This document shows, in pieces, positions 26,783 to 41,665 of a stretch of 64,000 nucleotides of DNA. Each line of letters begins with the position of its first letter. The first letter of the stretch is position 1. A program made the position numbers and the translations under genes. The notes beneath the pieces were generated by a model. That model made no database searches. It was given only the letters and a program-made list of their open reading frames with translations, and was not told the DNA's origin. The DNA comes from Octopus sinensis (Eukaryota): NCBI RefSeq assembly GCF_006345805.1, contig NC_043004.1, positions 36,518,001 through 36,582,000 of the forward strand, written 5' to 3'.

Positions 26783-27339
26783 GCTTTCTCTCGCTCTCTT
26801 TAGATCATTGTCTATGTCTCTGCACCCTTTCCCTTGCAGCAATAGCTTTTAATGAACACACTACAATAGACTGGATTTTGACATTACAGCAATTAGATAA
26901 CAATCAGCCATTTTGTTACATGGATGCCCTCTGAATTGATCAAATGAGATACAACTGGATATATATCTTGTTACAGACAGAACTTGACAGTGGAACATGA
27001 AATAAGGAAGAATAAGGAAGGGTTATTGTGATGTTTACCAGCAATAAAGAACACAGAAACAGCAATGTCTTAACAGAAGGTTACTGTCGTCTTGAAAAAG
27101 ATACAAGCCAATAGTACTATTGCTACTAATTTCTTCTTCTCATGCAGACCTAAATTTCTCACATAAAATTACTCTTTGAATTCACAATAAAAACGAAAAT
27201 AACAAAAGAAAAATGAGGGCTGGGAGGACGCGAAGAAAGAAGAAAGTGTTTCAGCTGGAAATTCATTTGTCTTCTTTGACTCGCCTTCTCGTAAATGGGG
27301 CTTGCACTCATCACATTGATGCTATCAGACTTGTATTAA

Positions 27340-27551
27340 CACACACATATATACATATATGTGTATATATATGTATATGTATATACATATATATACATGT
27401 ATGTATATATATATATATATACATGTATATATATATATATACATGTATATATACATATATATATATATACATGTATATATATACATATATATATATATAT
27501 ACATGTATATATTACATATATATATATATATATATACATGTATATATATAT

Positions 27552-27611
<60 letters not shown>

Positions 27612-27641
27612 CATATATAATATATATATATATATGTGTAT

Positions 27642-27673
<32 letters not shown>

Positions 27674-27703
27674 GTATACACACACACACACATATATATA
27701 TGC

Positions 27704-27744
<41 letters not shown>

Positions 27745-27780
27745 CATATATATACATACACACGCACACTCGCACACACA
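27340..27780. repeat. Compound (TA)n/(TACA)n/(CA)n microsatellite
   Basis: Directly visible. Confidence 0.95.
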
Positions 27781-28394
27781 ACTTGTATTGCTTAAACCTA
27801 TTAGGTGGCCGGTGGGAGCGAACACCTGTTGCAACAGAACAATACATCACATGGTTCGACATTGAGGTCTCAGCGAAGGTCGAGAAAAATTGAAGACGAT
27901 GGCAAGCGATAAGAATAAAGAAAGATTATCAGAAGCTTATTGATTTGTTAGCGAGAGCCGGTGGCAGGCAGAGTTTTAGATAGAAGGATAGGTTAATCAG
28001 CCGACGTATTTTTATTTAATCACTTCTTCCGTTGGAACTGGAGTAATGAAAGCAAATGTAAGAAGCGAACTTAAATACGCGATACAAAATACTAACGAAA
28101 TTTAAAAAGAATAATGCAAAATAAATAACAATATGTAGTAAAGGCTACTCCAACCAACACCACCATCACTACCCCCACCAATACTACTACTACTAATAAT
28201 AATAATAATGGCGACTACATCAACGACAACAGTATAATGAGAAGAGGAGAAAAAAAAAGAATAACAGCAATAACATCAATAAACAAAAACAAATGAATTT
28301 TTAAAAAATTATTAAGATTGTATCTTTGCAGTGTATCGAAGTGAAAGAGAACAGCAGAGGACATAAGAAAGAAATACTTTAAAGGAAGCAATAT

Positions 28395-28511
28395 CTATAT
28401 ATATACATATACATATATGAATATATATATATACATATACATATATGAATATATATATATGCATATACATTTACATATATATATACATACATATATATAT
28501 ATAGATATATG

Positions 28512-28542
<31 letters not shown>

Positions 28543-28664
28543 GTATATATATATATATGTATATATATATGTATATATATATGTATATATATATATATAT
28601 GTGTGTATATATATATGTATATATATATATATGTGTGTATATATATATGTATATATATATATGT

Positions 28665-28703
<39 letters not shown>

Positions 28704-28800
28704 ATATATATATGTATATATATATATATGTGTGTATATATATATATGTGTGTGTATATATTATATATATAATATATATATATTATATATATATATATGT
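28395..28800. repeat. Compound (TA)n/(TATG)n microsatellite
   Basis: Directly visible. Confidence 0.95.
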
Positions 28801-29332
28801 AGCTGCAAATACAACTATAAAGCAGATAGAAAATAAAACATTTTTCGAAATAGTTTCGGAAAGATTCGTCACCAGTTCTTCGTTCACTGTCAGAAAGATA
28901 AAGACCGACAGAAATAACTGCATTAAATGTCATGGTAATATGTTATGGCGTTCTAATAATTGAGTTATGCAAGATGGGAGAATTGATCGGCGTACTAGCT
29001 CGATCGCAAATGTAAATAAATAAAACTCCTAATAAAGCGATCATATCGTCACTATTGAACAGCGTTACGATGATTTAATTTTCCAAGTTTTGCTGAACAA
29101 TATCTGCAGTGTAGTCCTCGAAACAGGTATTACATTACAAAAAATAGGTTACGGCTCTTAAATAACATAGAAAGTATATGAAGAAAAATCTCTTCCCTAT
29201 ATATATACGATATGTAAATCTGAGAATAACTGAACAGTTAAGAGATACATACATATAGACAGACATACACATATATATAGACAACGAAATATATACACAC
29301 ACATATATATATGTATATATATATATATATAT

Positions 29333-29397
<65 letters not shown>

Positions 29398-29774
29398 CAC
29401 TACACACACATATACAGACACACGTGCTTACACGCTCTATCATGCTATCCTAAAGACAGCGATTTGGCAGCGATACCGGCCTATATATCTATATCTATCT
29501 ATATATATATATATATGCGTGTGTATGCATGTATGTCTCTGTGTGTGTGTGTGTGTGTAAAAATAGTAATATATTTTGTCCGTAGTAATAAAAGAGTAAA
29601 TTGCAAAATACATTGAGCCGAGGGTGTAAACGACGGAGAAATGTTTGAAAATCACATACACAGTGGTGTCTTCGTTGCCACGATATATTTGTAATTTTTT
29701 AGAGCCAGATGACCCTTGTTTGAGCAGACATGAAAACCTTCCCGTGGCAAGTTTTCGTCTGTGTGTGTCTGTGT

Positions 29775-29818
<44 letters not shown>

Positions 29819-32379
29819 ACGCCTCTTACTCGTAGTTTTGTTGTCATTTAGATCCAGTTTAGTATCACCCCTGACTGAACATACGAATGGTAGAAAGCAT
29901 TCCAACAGTCAATGCACCACGGACATTATTCCCCATAAAAGTCATAATTTATGTAACAGCAAATATCATTTATCCAATTGAAGTTTATTCAATAAGAAGA
30001 CAGGATTATGTAAACGTGAAAGCAGTTTTATTTCATTTGAAATTATCATTCAACAGAATACATTATCTTTTGTTGTTGACATCCTTTAATCCTTAAAATA
30101 ATTCATGAAGTAAACCGAAATCCACCCTTAAAAATGGCGCATCCAGAGGAATTTCACAAACATTCAGATAGTAGCGCCGTATAACAGGCAGTGATAAAGA
30201 AATTATACGAATGTTGCGGTAAGACCCAACTTAAATGATATTAGATTGCTACCCTTCATAGCGTTGGGAATTCTAAATATTGTGTGTGTCAGTAGCCTAG
30301 GATATATATTGCTCTTGATTTAACAAAACAGTTATAAATGTATACGAATATGTGAATATATACGTGTGTATGTGTGTGTGTGTCTGTGTGTGTGTGAGTG
30401 TGTGTATTTACGTGTGAATGTACATGCATGTCTTTACAAAAACTGCTTCTCTAAATGTATGTATATGAGAGTGTTCCGATGTTTCTTTGAAAACATGCGT
30501 AGCCAAATAATGAAAATCTTTAAAGCATTGAACGTGAATGGCGGGAAAAGAAGTCGATAGACAAGCGATGTTGAGGAACAACGCTGATATCAGTAGCTTC
30601 TATATCGATGACATGAACATCTTAATCATATTACTTGATTCTCCAAAACACTATTGTAAATAAAGCACTTTTATGTTACTGAGAGTCTCCTGAAAGAAAT
30701 CTAAGATCGATTCTGTAAAGCCATACTCTAAAGATTTTTCGGTGTATTATCAGAATGAAAATGTAGCAGAGATTACTAGAAACACTTCCAAGTACGTGTT
30801 GACCTCGAAGCATGACTATTTTACTTTTGCATTTCCTAATTCCTGTCCACACACACACACACACGCGCGCGCTGATAGATGTTTATGTATACGTATATAT
30901 GTTTATATACATACATGCATAGATACACACATACACATATATATATATACATATATGTATATGAATAAATTTATATGTATGATACACACACACACACATA
31001 CACATATATATACATATATATGAATAAATATATATGTATGATACACACACACACATAGATGCACATATGTGCGCCAGTTTATTAATCATTGCGCGTATGT
31101 GTGCGTGAGTGTGTGTATAGTGGTGGTAGGATTTCCCGTTAGCAATCCAACACGAATAATCGAATCGAAGAGGAAGAAGCAATTCCGATGTAAATATAAA
31201 AATAAACATGAGTAAAAAAGTGCAATTAAAGAGATTAATTAGCTATATGAGAAAGAAGGAAACTTAACTGAGGGTAGATGAATGTGATACGAGACACACG
31301 TATAAATACTATCCGTAGTATTTACGCAAAGGAAATGTTATCGAAATATTCACCAAACTGGAGACTATAATAATTTTATCAATTTAGCTCTCATTGCGTT
31401 CATGATAAAATAATTTATTTTATTTATATCTATTTTAATTGTCATACATGATACCGTTGCTGCCTGAGGGGGAACGTCTTTCAGTCCTTAGTCGGAAGTA
31501 GTTCTTGTGTCAATACACCCAGCACCTTAATGAATATAACTAAACAACTTTAAAATTCCAACTAGACTTGTGAAAGGTCACTGTTTACATCTTGCTTGAT
31601 AACATAATGGGGCAAGATATAAATTTCCTCTCGATAAGTGTGGTCCCTGCTAACAGCGCAGTTACCTATTGCAGGGAGCTGACACAGCTTTTTCAAAATG
31701 AAGTGAACTAAGGCATAATAAGAACATTGAAACGCCTACTACGGAATTGATCCGTGAATACATAATAAAGAACTTATCCGTTCAGCCATTTTGTTTCTGT
31801 ACCAATGCACTTGAGAAAAATATGAACACCACAACATCCCATTTCCCTCCTCAAAAGACATTACGTGGAAATGTATTTATGTTCCTCTGTTTTTATATCA
31901 AACTATGCTCTACAGGAACTCTCGACAAAATTTATGGTTTTGTGCCAATTCAAAAAATTATTATTGTTTATTTTTGATTAATTGCCGAAGAAATATGTGT
32001 TTCTTGAATGATTAGGAGTAAAATAGTTTTGCCGTGAACAAATATTATTTTAGCAATAATAGTTCTCGGTCTTTAGATATGCAAGTTGAATGTTACATTT
32101 TAAAGTCTATAAAGACTTAGGATTTAATCGACACATCTTAGCAGAGTAGCAAAATTTTCAGGAATGGTTTGTTACGTAGTTTATTTATTGCTGAACTTTT
32201 GTATTTGACTTCATGCACCCTCCAAGAGCGAGAGAGGTTGTCGCAACAACTCATAATAAGAAAACGCTACAGAAATAAGAGATGATGATGGAAGAAGATA
32301 CTAGTTGAGAGAATGTGTTACAAAACGAATAAGTTATTAAATTGTTAATCATAAAACAATGGCACATATCAATATATTT

Positions 32380-32800
32380 CCATGAATATGTATATAGGAG
32401 TGTGTGTCGTACGACGTTATGTCTACCTTGTCGTTTATTTAGGATTGAAAGATTGTGGCCATCACAACCACAGCTCATACAGCGTGCATGGTATCCTCTA
32501 AGAAACGCTGAAAGCGATTGGTCAGATCAAAGACCTTCAATCAGAGGGATATGAACTTAGCTTGTAGGTTCGACAAAGTTCAAAAATCTTTTTTGTATTA
32601 AGAGCAACAATCTTACTGGAATTTTCAAAGATGTCATACTATTGGCACATGGATTCAGGGAGAAACTCTTCGGCAGGTCTATCCCTACGAAAACTTCTTT
32701 TGGTCATTCAGGGATGTGTGAAGAACAATTTGACGGTAAATTTCCATCACATTTGTGATGAAAGTGATTGAAGAGTAAGTTTACAGAAAGCTCTACTCGT
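32380..32800 (+). mobile_element. Decayed RTE-clade LINE 3' fragment
   Basis: Frameshifted SKMSYYWHMDSGRNS..FRDV.KNNL..SD*RVSLQK resembles the RTE C-terminus (PKxxLYGELxxGxR..FKDxxKxNL..DRxxWR). Confidence 0.4.
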
Positions 32801-34836
32801 GGTCCCTGATTGCCTTGTTGGTTTTTAGGGAACAGAAGTGTTCGCAAGTGTACTGGTAAGAGTTGTAGGAAGTTCATTTATTTTATTGACTGTGATTCTG
32901 CTAAAAGAGCCATCATGTCTGAATGGTCGTGAAAGGAAAAATTCTGCAAAGCGGAGAGTGATCCAGAGAACCTTTTGTTATGGGAGAAGAAGGTCTAGTG
33001 TCAGTTTAAAAGAAAATAATTTGAAGACTGAGCATTATATGAAGTCGTCGTTAAACACGTTCCAGTGGTTTTTATCACACGTTTGAATGTCGCAGATGAG
33101 TAAGAGTAATATATATTTGCATTCTCTTCGCGCGGTAAACTACTATAAGCGTGTGTATATGTAAGTATGCATACATTATTATAAAGGTTCCAAGAAGAAA
33201 GTCATGGCAACTTTGCTAGGAAAAAAAACCCAATCCGATTAAATCTCATTTGTCGGTGATTGTGCAGCATTCACTGTGAAGAATGTAAAAAAAGTATGGT
33301 TCCGATGTGGGATGCAATGAATGACTGTTTATTAAAACCATTGTAATGTTTATTACTGTGCAGCCACATCGTGTTGAGTAATTTATAGTCGTAGCTTGAA
33401 CTTTGAAAAAATGGATATGTAAAGTCTTGAATGATTGCGGAAATAAATAGGAAAGAAGTTTACAGAGAGAAATACATATGTAAGCCTATAAAGACATAAA
33501 TCGTTAGCAACTGAGAGGGATGCGAACGCACACACACATAAATACGTTGTATGTGCGCGTACAAACGTACACATATTATGTGTGTATATAGAAACTTACA
33601 CACACACAATCACATATCTCTCGATAGATATGGAAATAGACGGACAGTAGAAAGAAAGCTAAGTTGATGGATAGATACCGCGACAGGAAAAATCTTTAAT
33701 TTCTGATATTATGGGGTATAATTGAATTTATAGGAATCTGGTTTGTTTCGCAGGAGCTGAGAAATCAACAAATAGATTAAGTCTAAGTTACTTAAGAACA
33801 GTTAGGAGCGAAGAGTTTATAGATTAATTCTTGTTAAATTAATCACGAACAGATTTTTATTTTGTTTGTTTCTAATTTAGTGCAGGGGAAACAATATGGC
33901 TCTACATGCTGAATGAACCAAATATGATTTACATGAATGAGGTGGAAGGTAAACCTAGACTACGATGAATGCTACTTGAGAGGGCACCAATATATTTTAT
34001 AGACGCAGAAAAGATTTGCAAATAGCTATCACCATGTTGGCAACTGACAACATAATTGAAACGTTCATTTTCATGATTTAGCAAAAAGTTGCGGCTATAA
34101 AAAGGAGAACTAAACATGGTAGAAATTATTTGAATCCTCAAAACTTCAAATAATGTTATATCCATTATATTATTTTAATCTAATCAACCTTGTGTAGGTT
34201 TTGATTCGTAGAATGGACGACTTATTAAAGATCTAGAGACGCATAAGCATTAGTTTCTTAAAATGGAATTCACCAAACTTTGATGCTAATCATGATAGAC
34301 TGTTTAATTTTAGTGACTGGAACGAGAGTAAAATATTCTCGATGCTATATAAGATCGGAGAAAAATCATTTCAAAATTAATTGTATTCCATATTTGACAG
34401 ATAAAAAGTAGAAAAAGAACTATTAAATAACATTTCATTAATTCTAGACTGTGTTGGGGCTTTCAATATATTCACTACTTTTCGAAACAGTAAAATGCAA
34501 TATTCATGTACAACCAAACAAGTCACGTTTTGAATCCATTTCGAATTCAGGTTAAAGCTATTTCAAATGTGGCTAATATAATTGAAACAGTCATTATTTA
34601 ATTCTACCCATCTACGTCAGTGGAACTAGAGAGAGAAAGCAATGTCTTGATTCGATTCACTATAGATATTAATTTCTTCAAAGTTGATGCTAGGATTGTC
34701 AGAGAGTGAGAAAAAAGAACCTTCATATATTTATATCCTTCCACGTTTGAGTTCAAATACTGCGGAGTATAATTTGATTTTATCTCTCAAGGGTCACGAA
34801 GATATACATAAATACAAATGTATATATAAATAGAGT

Positions 34837-34892
<56 letters not shown>

Positions 34893-34899
34893 CATACAT

Positions 34900-34980
<81 letters not shown>

Positions 34981-35381
34981 CTATATATATATATCTATAT
35001 ATATATATGTGTGCGTGTGTATGTATATATATATGTTTGTATGTACGGCTCCATACTTAGAAATGACTAAACATGAACTACTATTGGAACTTACATACCA
35101 TGTACAGGAAACTATTTACCACTTCTATACACCACTTTACTCGAATGATGGAACTGCAACTACAATCTTTTATATGTTACTTCTACTTTCATTCTTTTAT
35201 TCCCCTCTATATTCCCTATCTCCTCCTTTTCCACAGTAACTTCTTATTTCGAACTCAAAAATTCATCTGTTATTAACCATCTCACATCGTCTCTGATGAA
35301 GAGATAACCATAATATTTCAGAAATAGTTGTAAGACTATATCTCTATCTCTTTCCTTATTAAAGTCCAGAAAACTCCTCAC

Positions 35382-35411
35382 AGCCTTGGGTTAGTTATCT
35401 CTTTTTGTTTC

Positions 35412-35451
<40 letters not shown>

Positions 35452-35477
35452 CAAAAAGAGATAACTAAGCCAAGGCT
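35382..35477. repeat. Palindrome centred on (TA)n
   Basis: agccttgggttagttatctctttttgtttcata-(TA)n-tatgaaacaaaaagagataactaagccaaggct; one mismatch in arms of ~33 bp. Confidence 0.9.
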
Positions 35478-35707
35478 ATATATATATCGTCAGTAAATCA
35501 CAAATCCGAAAAACAAGCGCACTCTGATTTGAGTATATAGACAGAGATAGATATGGCCGGTTTATTGGGTTACCCTGGGTTTCACGTCCACATAGCGCTT
35601 CGCTTTACAGCGTTTCTTGAGACCTTAATTATAGTTATAAGTTCTATAGATGTTCTCCCCCGTTAAAGAGAAACTTCACCCTCTCTCTCTTTAATTTCTC
35701 AGTAACC

Positions 35708-35755
<48 letters not shown>

Positions 35756-35800
35756 AATGGAACTGCAGGTGACATCACCAACAGTCAGTAGTCGAATTTC

Positions 35801-35853
<53 letters not shown>

Positions 35854-36102
35854 CCCATTTCTGTAACAATGGATTTGGTATCTAACGTTGGAACCAGTTA
35901 CGTATGCAGCAAGATAAATTTTTTGTCTTTTTTTTTTTATGAATACGGTAAAAAATAAAGGTGGAAATAATTCAGTCCATTTGGCCATAGAAGAAAGAAG
36001 AATATTTAAAAGATATATCTGCAAAATAAATCTCGAAAAAAACTTTTCTTTGTAAATATATCAATCATTGTGTTAATGGAAGAAAACATGAGCATGTCTT
36101 AC

Positions 36103-36251
36103 CTGCAATGAACAATAACTGGTCCATTGTCGAGCCGGTCAAACGCTCGTATTTTCTGCCGGAATAATATTAGTGAATTACCAAATTTTGGTACACCGTG
36201 ATCTGGCCAAGTGGTGTAATGGAATTGTTTGACGATTTTCGATACCCCATT
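36103..36251 (-). CDS. PTP exon with WPD loop and catalytic Cys: NGVSKIVKQFHYTTWPDHGVPKFGNSLILFRQKIRAFDRLDNGPVIVHC(S)
   Basis: 149 nt, phase 0 in, phase 2 out. Acceptor tttgttcttcag, donor CAG|gtaaga. Lies inside ORF 36099..36290. Motifs WPDHGVP and VHC. Confidence 0.97.
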
Positions 36252-37214
36252 CTGAAGAACAAAAAAAAAAACAAACAACTGTACAAGCATATCGAGTCAA
36301 TGATACATTTTCATGTTAATGTTGAACATGCTTTAGAATAAAAAGGTCTCCTGTTGGCATCTGCTTGAGCCATTCCTTGTTGAATTCGAAAACTTCGAGT
36401 CAATCCTTGTCGACAGAATTTTAATTCGGGAAGAACGAAAATAAAGTATTGAGCAATACTATAATTTCTGCCACTTGAATTTTCAGACGAAACACTTTTC
36501 CATTCATTATAAGCCTCCCTTTTTCAGAAGTTGTTTACACACACACTTATGTATCTGTGCATGATATATGTATATTTCTTTGCGTATGTTTCGGCGTGTG
36601 AATGTATGTGCGTATATCTGTATTTGTGTGTGTATCTGTAATTGTGTGTATTTGTGAGCATAAATTATAGAGATTTAATATGTGTAAAGACTAAATATTC
36701 AATACAACACCTCTCTGAGACGAATACAGATAACGTAAAAATATTTGAAAATCATTGTAGATATAAAGTATTACATCTCGGCGGTTCAATATATTAACAT
36801 TTATTTTTCCGGTCTGTCATCTTCAGTTTCCACAAAGGCGCTGAACGCTGAATATCTATCGAACACAGCCAGAAAGCCTTTCGGCAGAATTCAGATTCTG
36901 ATCGATTAAACGTATTAACGATTCAAATGCCTAATTGTTGAATCGTTTCACATCATTTAGAGGAGACAGCAGTCTTTATGAAACCCTGGAGACAAAATCA
37001 AGCCTTTAGTGGTCTGATGACCATGTTTGCCAGCAACGATATTACTGAATGAAACTAGCTTTACCTATATAAATACGACTTCCCCTAATAATGTGAAAGA
37101 CACCATTTCCTCTCGAAGTATAAAAATAATTCTGATTGGAATAAAAAAGAAATATCGAATAGATTTACAGTTTTGTTACGAGATATTTTTAAAAATTCAA
37201 TGCCATGAACATTT

Positions 37215-37332
37215 ATTCTTTTCTACTCTAGGCACAAGGCCCGAAACTTTGATCGGCTCCAGTACGCAACTGGTACTTAATTTATCGATGAAAGGCAAAG
37301 TCGACCTTGGCGGAATTTGTACACAGAACGAC
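37215..37332 (-). mobile_element. Partial SINE family B (short-tail subtype)
   Basis: ttttctactctaggcacaaggcccgaaactt...aactggtacttaatttatcgatgaaaggcaaagtcgacc. Confidence 0.7.
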
Positions 37333-38454
37333 GGATCATGAAAATTTTATTAGAAAGTACACAAAGTGTATTCTGTTATACTGTAATGGGTTTTTAATTG
37401 TATCAATATAAATATTTATCCCAGCAGCTCTTCTGTGGCGAGAGTGTTTTAATCAAGGGTTAGGCTTAAAACGATGTCACAGTACTGCACTGTGAGTTTA
37501 TTCACACTTCTTAGAAGGTCAGTACCGTCTCTTATTGTTATGAGCTCAAATACAACTGGTATCAAAGTTACAAATTCTGCAAAGTCGATAAAATACCAGT
37601 TATATACTGTGTCCGTTCAAACGCACATAAAAGAAACCAAGAATATAATCAAAGGAAATGAAATATAACCTCAACTAAATTGTATTTTAGTAACTTGAAA
37701 CACATTTTCGTGATAATTTATTTGACCTCTAATAGCAAATTCAACTGCAGTTTGACTTTCTAAATTAGTTTGTATGATATTCAGCTTAAAATAGCTGATT
37801 GTTTCAAAACTTCTATTCATGTAAAAGTTATTATAAACAGAATAATTCATTTTCTCATTATAAGACACGATAGAAACGAATATTTAAAAAATTAGTGCAA
37901 TCATTAACTAATTTAATCAAAAAATGTTAAAATTTGATGAAATTTTGCAGTCTGACTGAGTAATCTATATATTATCTGGTATTTTGCGTAGGATTTTCGC
38001 AGTGAAATTTTTTCATTCAATGTGTGTTTGACGATTATTTTCAGGAGCATTAATATCTATCTGCATCCACTCTGAAAATGTTACAAGCTTGTTACTAACA
38101 ATAATTATCAAAATTATAAGAAAATATAAGATTATAAATTATGAATAACTACCTGGACTAGCGTAAGTTAAGCCAAATTGTGATTAACACTGCATATTTA
38201 GATTATTATACATTTGATTTTTCGGAATGAATATGCCGGTATTTTTTTAATGTATATGAACATATACATACTTCAATATTTGAAGATATATTCGTGTTAC
38301 AGATTCAGGGGTAATTCTCGCGGTTTCGTCACAGAAAAAATATGTGCAGTGTCACCGAATGAAGAATGGTAATCATTTTTATAAAATCCTAATGAAACTT
38401 TTTGCTATAACGAAGATTTACATGTAATATTGGTTTCAGATTTTGGCAGAAAAG

Positions 38455-38632
38455 AAAGAGGGTAATACGATTACATTGACCCCAGTGCTCAACTGGTAAC
38501 TGTTTTATCGACCCTGAAAGGATGAAAGGTAAAGTCAACCTCGGTGGAATTTGAACTCAGAACGTAAAGACGGACGAAACGCCGCTCAATATTTTGCCCA
38601 GCGCTCTAACGATTCTGCCAGCTTGCTGCCTT
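38455..38632 (-). mobile_element. SINE family B (short-tail subtype), head-to-head with the next copy
   Basis: Reverse complement of the family B head and body. Confidence 0.85.
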
Positions 38633-38664
38633 AGATTTACTTGTAATATTAATGCTTCCTTTTG

Positions 38665-38871
38665 GGCAGTGAGCTCGCAGAACAGTTAGAACGCCAGACA
38701 AAATGCTGTGCCATATCGTCCGTCTTCACGTTCTGAGTTCACATTCTGCCACAGTCGACTTTGCCTTTCATCCTTTCAGAGTCAAGGAAATAAGTACCAG
38801 TTGAATACTGGGGTTGATGCAATCGACTACCCCGCGCCTTAATTTCAGGACACGTGCCTATAGTAGAAAGG
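38665..38871 (+). mobile_element. SINE family B with 18-bp target-site duplication
   Basis: AATATTAATGCTTCCTTT at 38645-38662 and again at 38872-38889 flanks the copy. Confidence 0.85.
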
Positions 38872-38899
38872 AATATTAATGCTTCCTTTGAGACACAAG

Positions 38900-39115
38900 A
38901 AGATAGAATTATTAGCACAGTGGACAAACTTCTTAGCGGTATTTTGTCCGTCTTCACGTTCTGAGTTCAAATTCCGCTGATATTGACTTTACCTTTCCTC
39001 TTGTCTAAGTCGATAAAATAATTACCAGTTGACCATTGTAGCCTATGGAATTGATGTAACCCAGCGATTACATCACCTCCTGTACTCAACTGGTATCTTT
39101 TTTATCGACTCGAAA
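38900..39115 (+). mobile_element. Diverged SINE family B copy followed by an inverted B fragment
   Basis: cttagcggtattttgtccgtcttcacgttctgagttcaaattcc..., then cgattacatc...caactggtatc...tatcgactcgaaa in reverse orientation. Confidence 0.65.
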
Positions 39116-39432
39116 ACGAGTTTTTGGTGATACTCTCAGAAATAAAATTGTTTATCTGTAAAATTTATTGAAACAACAATTCCACCGTTTCTTGCTACAA
39201 TGAACTTAAAACTCATGATACCTATTTTCCGCTTAGTTTTCCCCACCATTTCAGAGTTTAACTGATAGAATTTGGATTGTATCTTTCAAGTGACAGTTGC
39301 TATGTAATACATTTGAGGTTTTTCACAAATATTTTCATAACCAAACGTGTTTACGAAAACATGCACAATGATGTACATGAAAAAAAAAGATACTTAATTT
39401 TCACTTCGTTAACAAAGAAATGTAAAACTTAC

Positions 39433-39552
39433 CATTTGTAAAAGGAATGTGCGTATCGTAAAATCAGGCAATTTATCTACATTTAGACATTCAATTGAAA
39501 TTCCTGATGAAACTTGCGTCCCTTCATCGGGCCAATACTGGTCACATTTGCG
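39433..39552 (-). CDS. PTP exon: RKCDQYWPDEGTQVSSGISIECLNVDKLPDFTIRTFLLQM
   Basis: 120 nt, phase 0/0. Acceptor atatttccag, donor ATG|gtaagt. Contains the KCxQYWP motif. Confidence 0.96.
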
Positions 39553-40467
39553 CTGGAAATATTAAAAAATATATATTTAAATAGACAGAAATATATACAA
39601 CATAATACTTTTAACATTTTATCAACATTTTCTGTGTATAGTCGCCAATCAGCTCCTGTTAAGCTGAGTTATGTCATACAAGCAGTCGGTTAACCAACCA
39701 GAAATTGGTCTTTCAAGTTACATCGTGCCTTCAGTAAACCGAAGATCATCGAGACAAACTGACATGCAATATTCAATTATATGGAATAGTCTGGCATTCT
39801 GGACAGGATTCCACTTCTCCTGAACAGATCCCTGCATACCGGAGAAACGGAGGCGAGTGAGATGAAGTCATTAGAAGCACGACAGTCACTCAGCTTTTTC
39901 CTCTGTCATTGATAGCTTCACATCTCAGTGAAGTTATTAATAATGCGGCTATTTACATAGTTGTGTTTACTGGGATGCGAAAGAGACGTAGTGTGATTAC
40001 AATGTCCCTCTGTGGTAGTGTGGTAGATGTGTCTACGAATGGTGAGGGTTGAAGTCTGCAGCGGCATCAAATTCTTTCCATTATACGTCCTGGTAAACTT
40101 TTATTGCTGTGTCGAACCGAGTATTAATCAAATGGTCGCAAACACTTCTCTCCATATTTACAGAGATGCCGGATATATCTATACACAAACTATTCACATA
40201 GAAACGTATTTTTACGGAATACCTATTTACAAAAACACATAAACATAACATATGCAGTCCGGCGCAACGGTGAATATGCAAATATATTTACATTGACATA
40301 TATGTTGCTTTGATTATATATTTCTTCTGTGGATTCTAACTACAATAAGTTCAAGGTATGCTATGCACCATACGCGCTCACACAGAGACACATATATGCT
40401 TGAGTATATATGTATGTGTGTGTGTGTGGGGGTTATACATATATACATATAATGCATTTATTTAGCT

Positions 40468-40498
<31 letters not shown>

Positions 40499-41394
40499 TT
40501 GTGCATAGTTATGGCATATTCTTTTAAGAATGTAGTATATTTATATTTTTGACAAATAAACGAATTTTTACCGAGAAATTTTTCAATATATTGAACTTAT
40601 GTTCGCTTCCAGAGAAGTCTAAACGATCGCATGGCGGAAGTTGAACCTAACAGCATATATAATCAAGAATTCTCTGGAATGAAATGATAGAGTGTTTGCC
40701 TGGAAATTAAAAAGAAGGCAGTTTGGACGCGCGTTTCTACCTCAGCACAGAAACTCTTTTAATTGAAGCAGACAGAGGATTTAAACAAACAAAAAACTAG
40801 TGGAGAACATCTATGGCTTAGAAAAATGTACATTTTTAAAACAAAAATGAAAGAAATGAATTAGAATAGCCAGTACCATAACTTTGAATAACAAAAACAA
40901 ATAAAGTGTATTAAATAATTTTAAAAGTCAAATGAGAGTCTATGTTGTTTTTTTCTGCATTCTAAAATGTAAGAGAGATAAGATCTTTCCTCTTTGTAAA
41001 GAGGCTTATTTTCGTGTTAATTCATATTCTTTCTAAGATATTCGTCGAAGTGTATTGAGGTAGAAGAGCTATAAGCAATAACCAGTTATGCTCAAATACA
41101 ATGTTTAGAATTTGTGTTTCTTTGAGTAAGAGATTTCATTTAACACCGCATTGGCATAATGCAAAGAGCTTCATATTATGATATCGTGCCTGCTGTGTAT
41201 AGAGTCCAGGTTTTAGTGTAGCATTTAAATATCATTTTGTTGTCTTTTTCTCCACTTGCACTTTTATGTCGTTTGTGGAACTGTCATTTGTGAGCTCTTT
41301 TGATGACTGAACGCCGTCGATCTTGGCTGGAAGCGTGGTGATGAATAGACTCATAACACACACACCCACACCCCCCATACACATATACGTATGT

Positions 41395-41469
41395 ATGTAT
41401 ATATATATTTATATGTATGTATGTATATATGTATGTATATATATATATATGTCTGTGTGTATGTATGTA

Positions 41470-41520
<51 letters not shown>

Positions 41521-41610
41521 ATATATATATGAGTGTATGTATGTGTGTATGTATATATATATGAGTGTATGTATGTGTGTATGTATATATGAGTGTATGT
41601 ATGTAAGTAC

Positions 41611-41663
<53 letters not shown>

Positions 41664-41665
41664 CA
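41395..41665. repeat. Compound (TA)n/(TATG)n/(TG)n microsatellite
   Basis: Directly visible. Confidence 0.95.
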
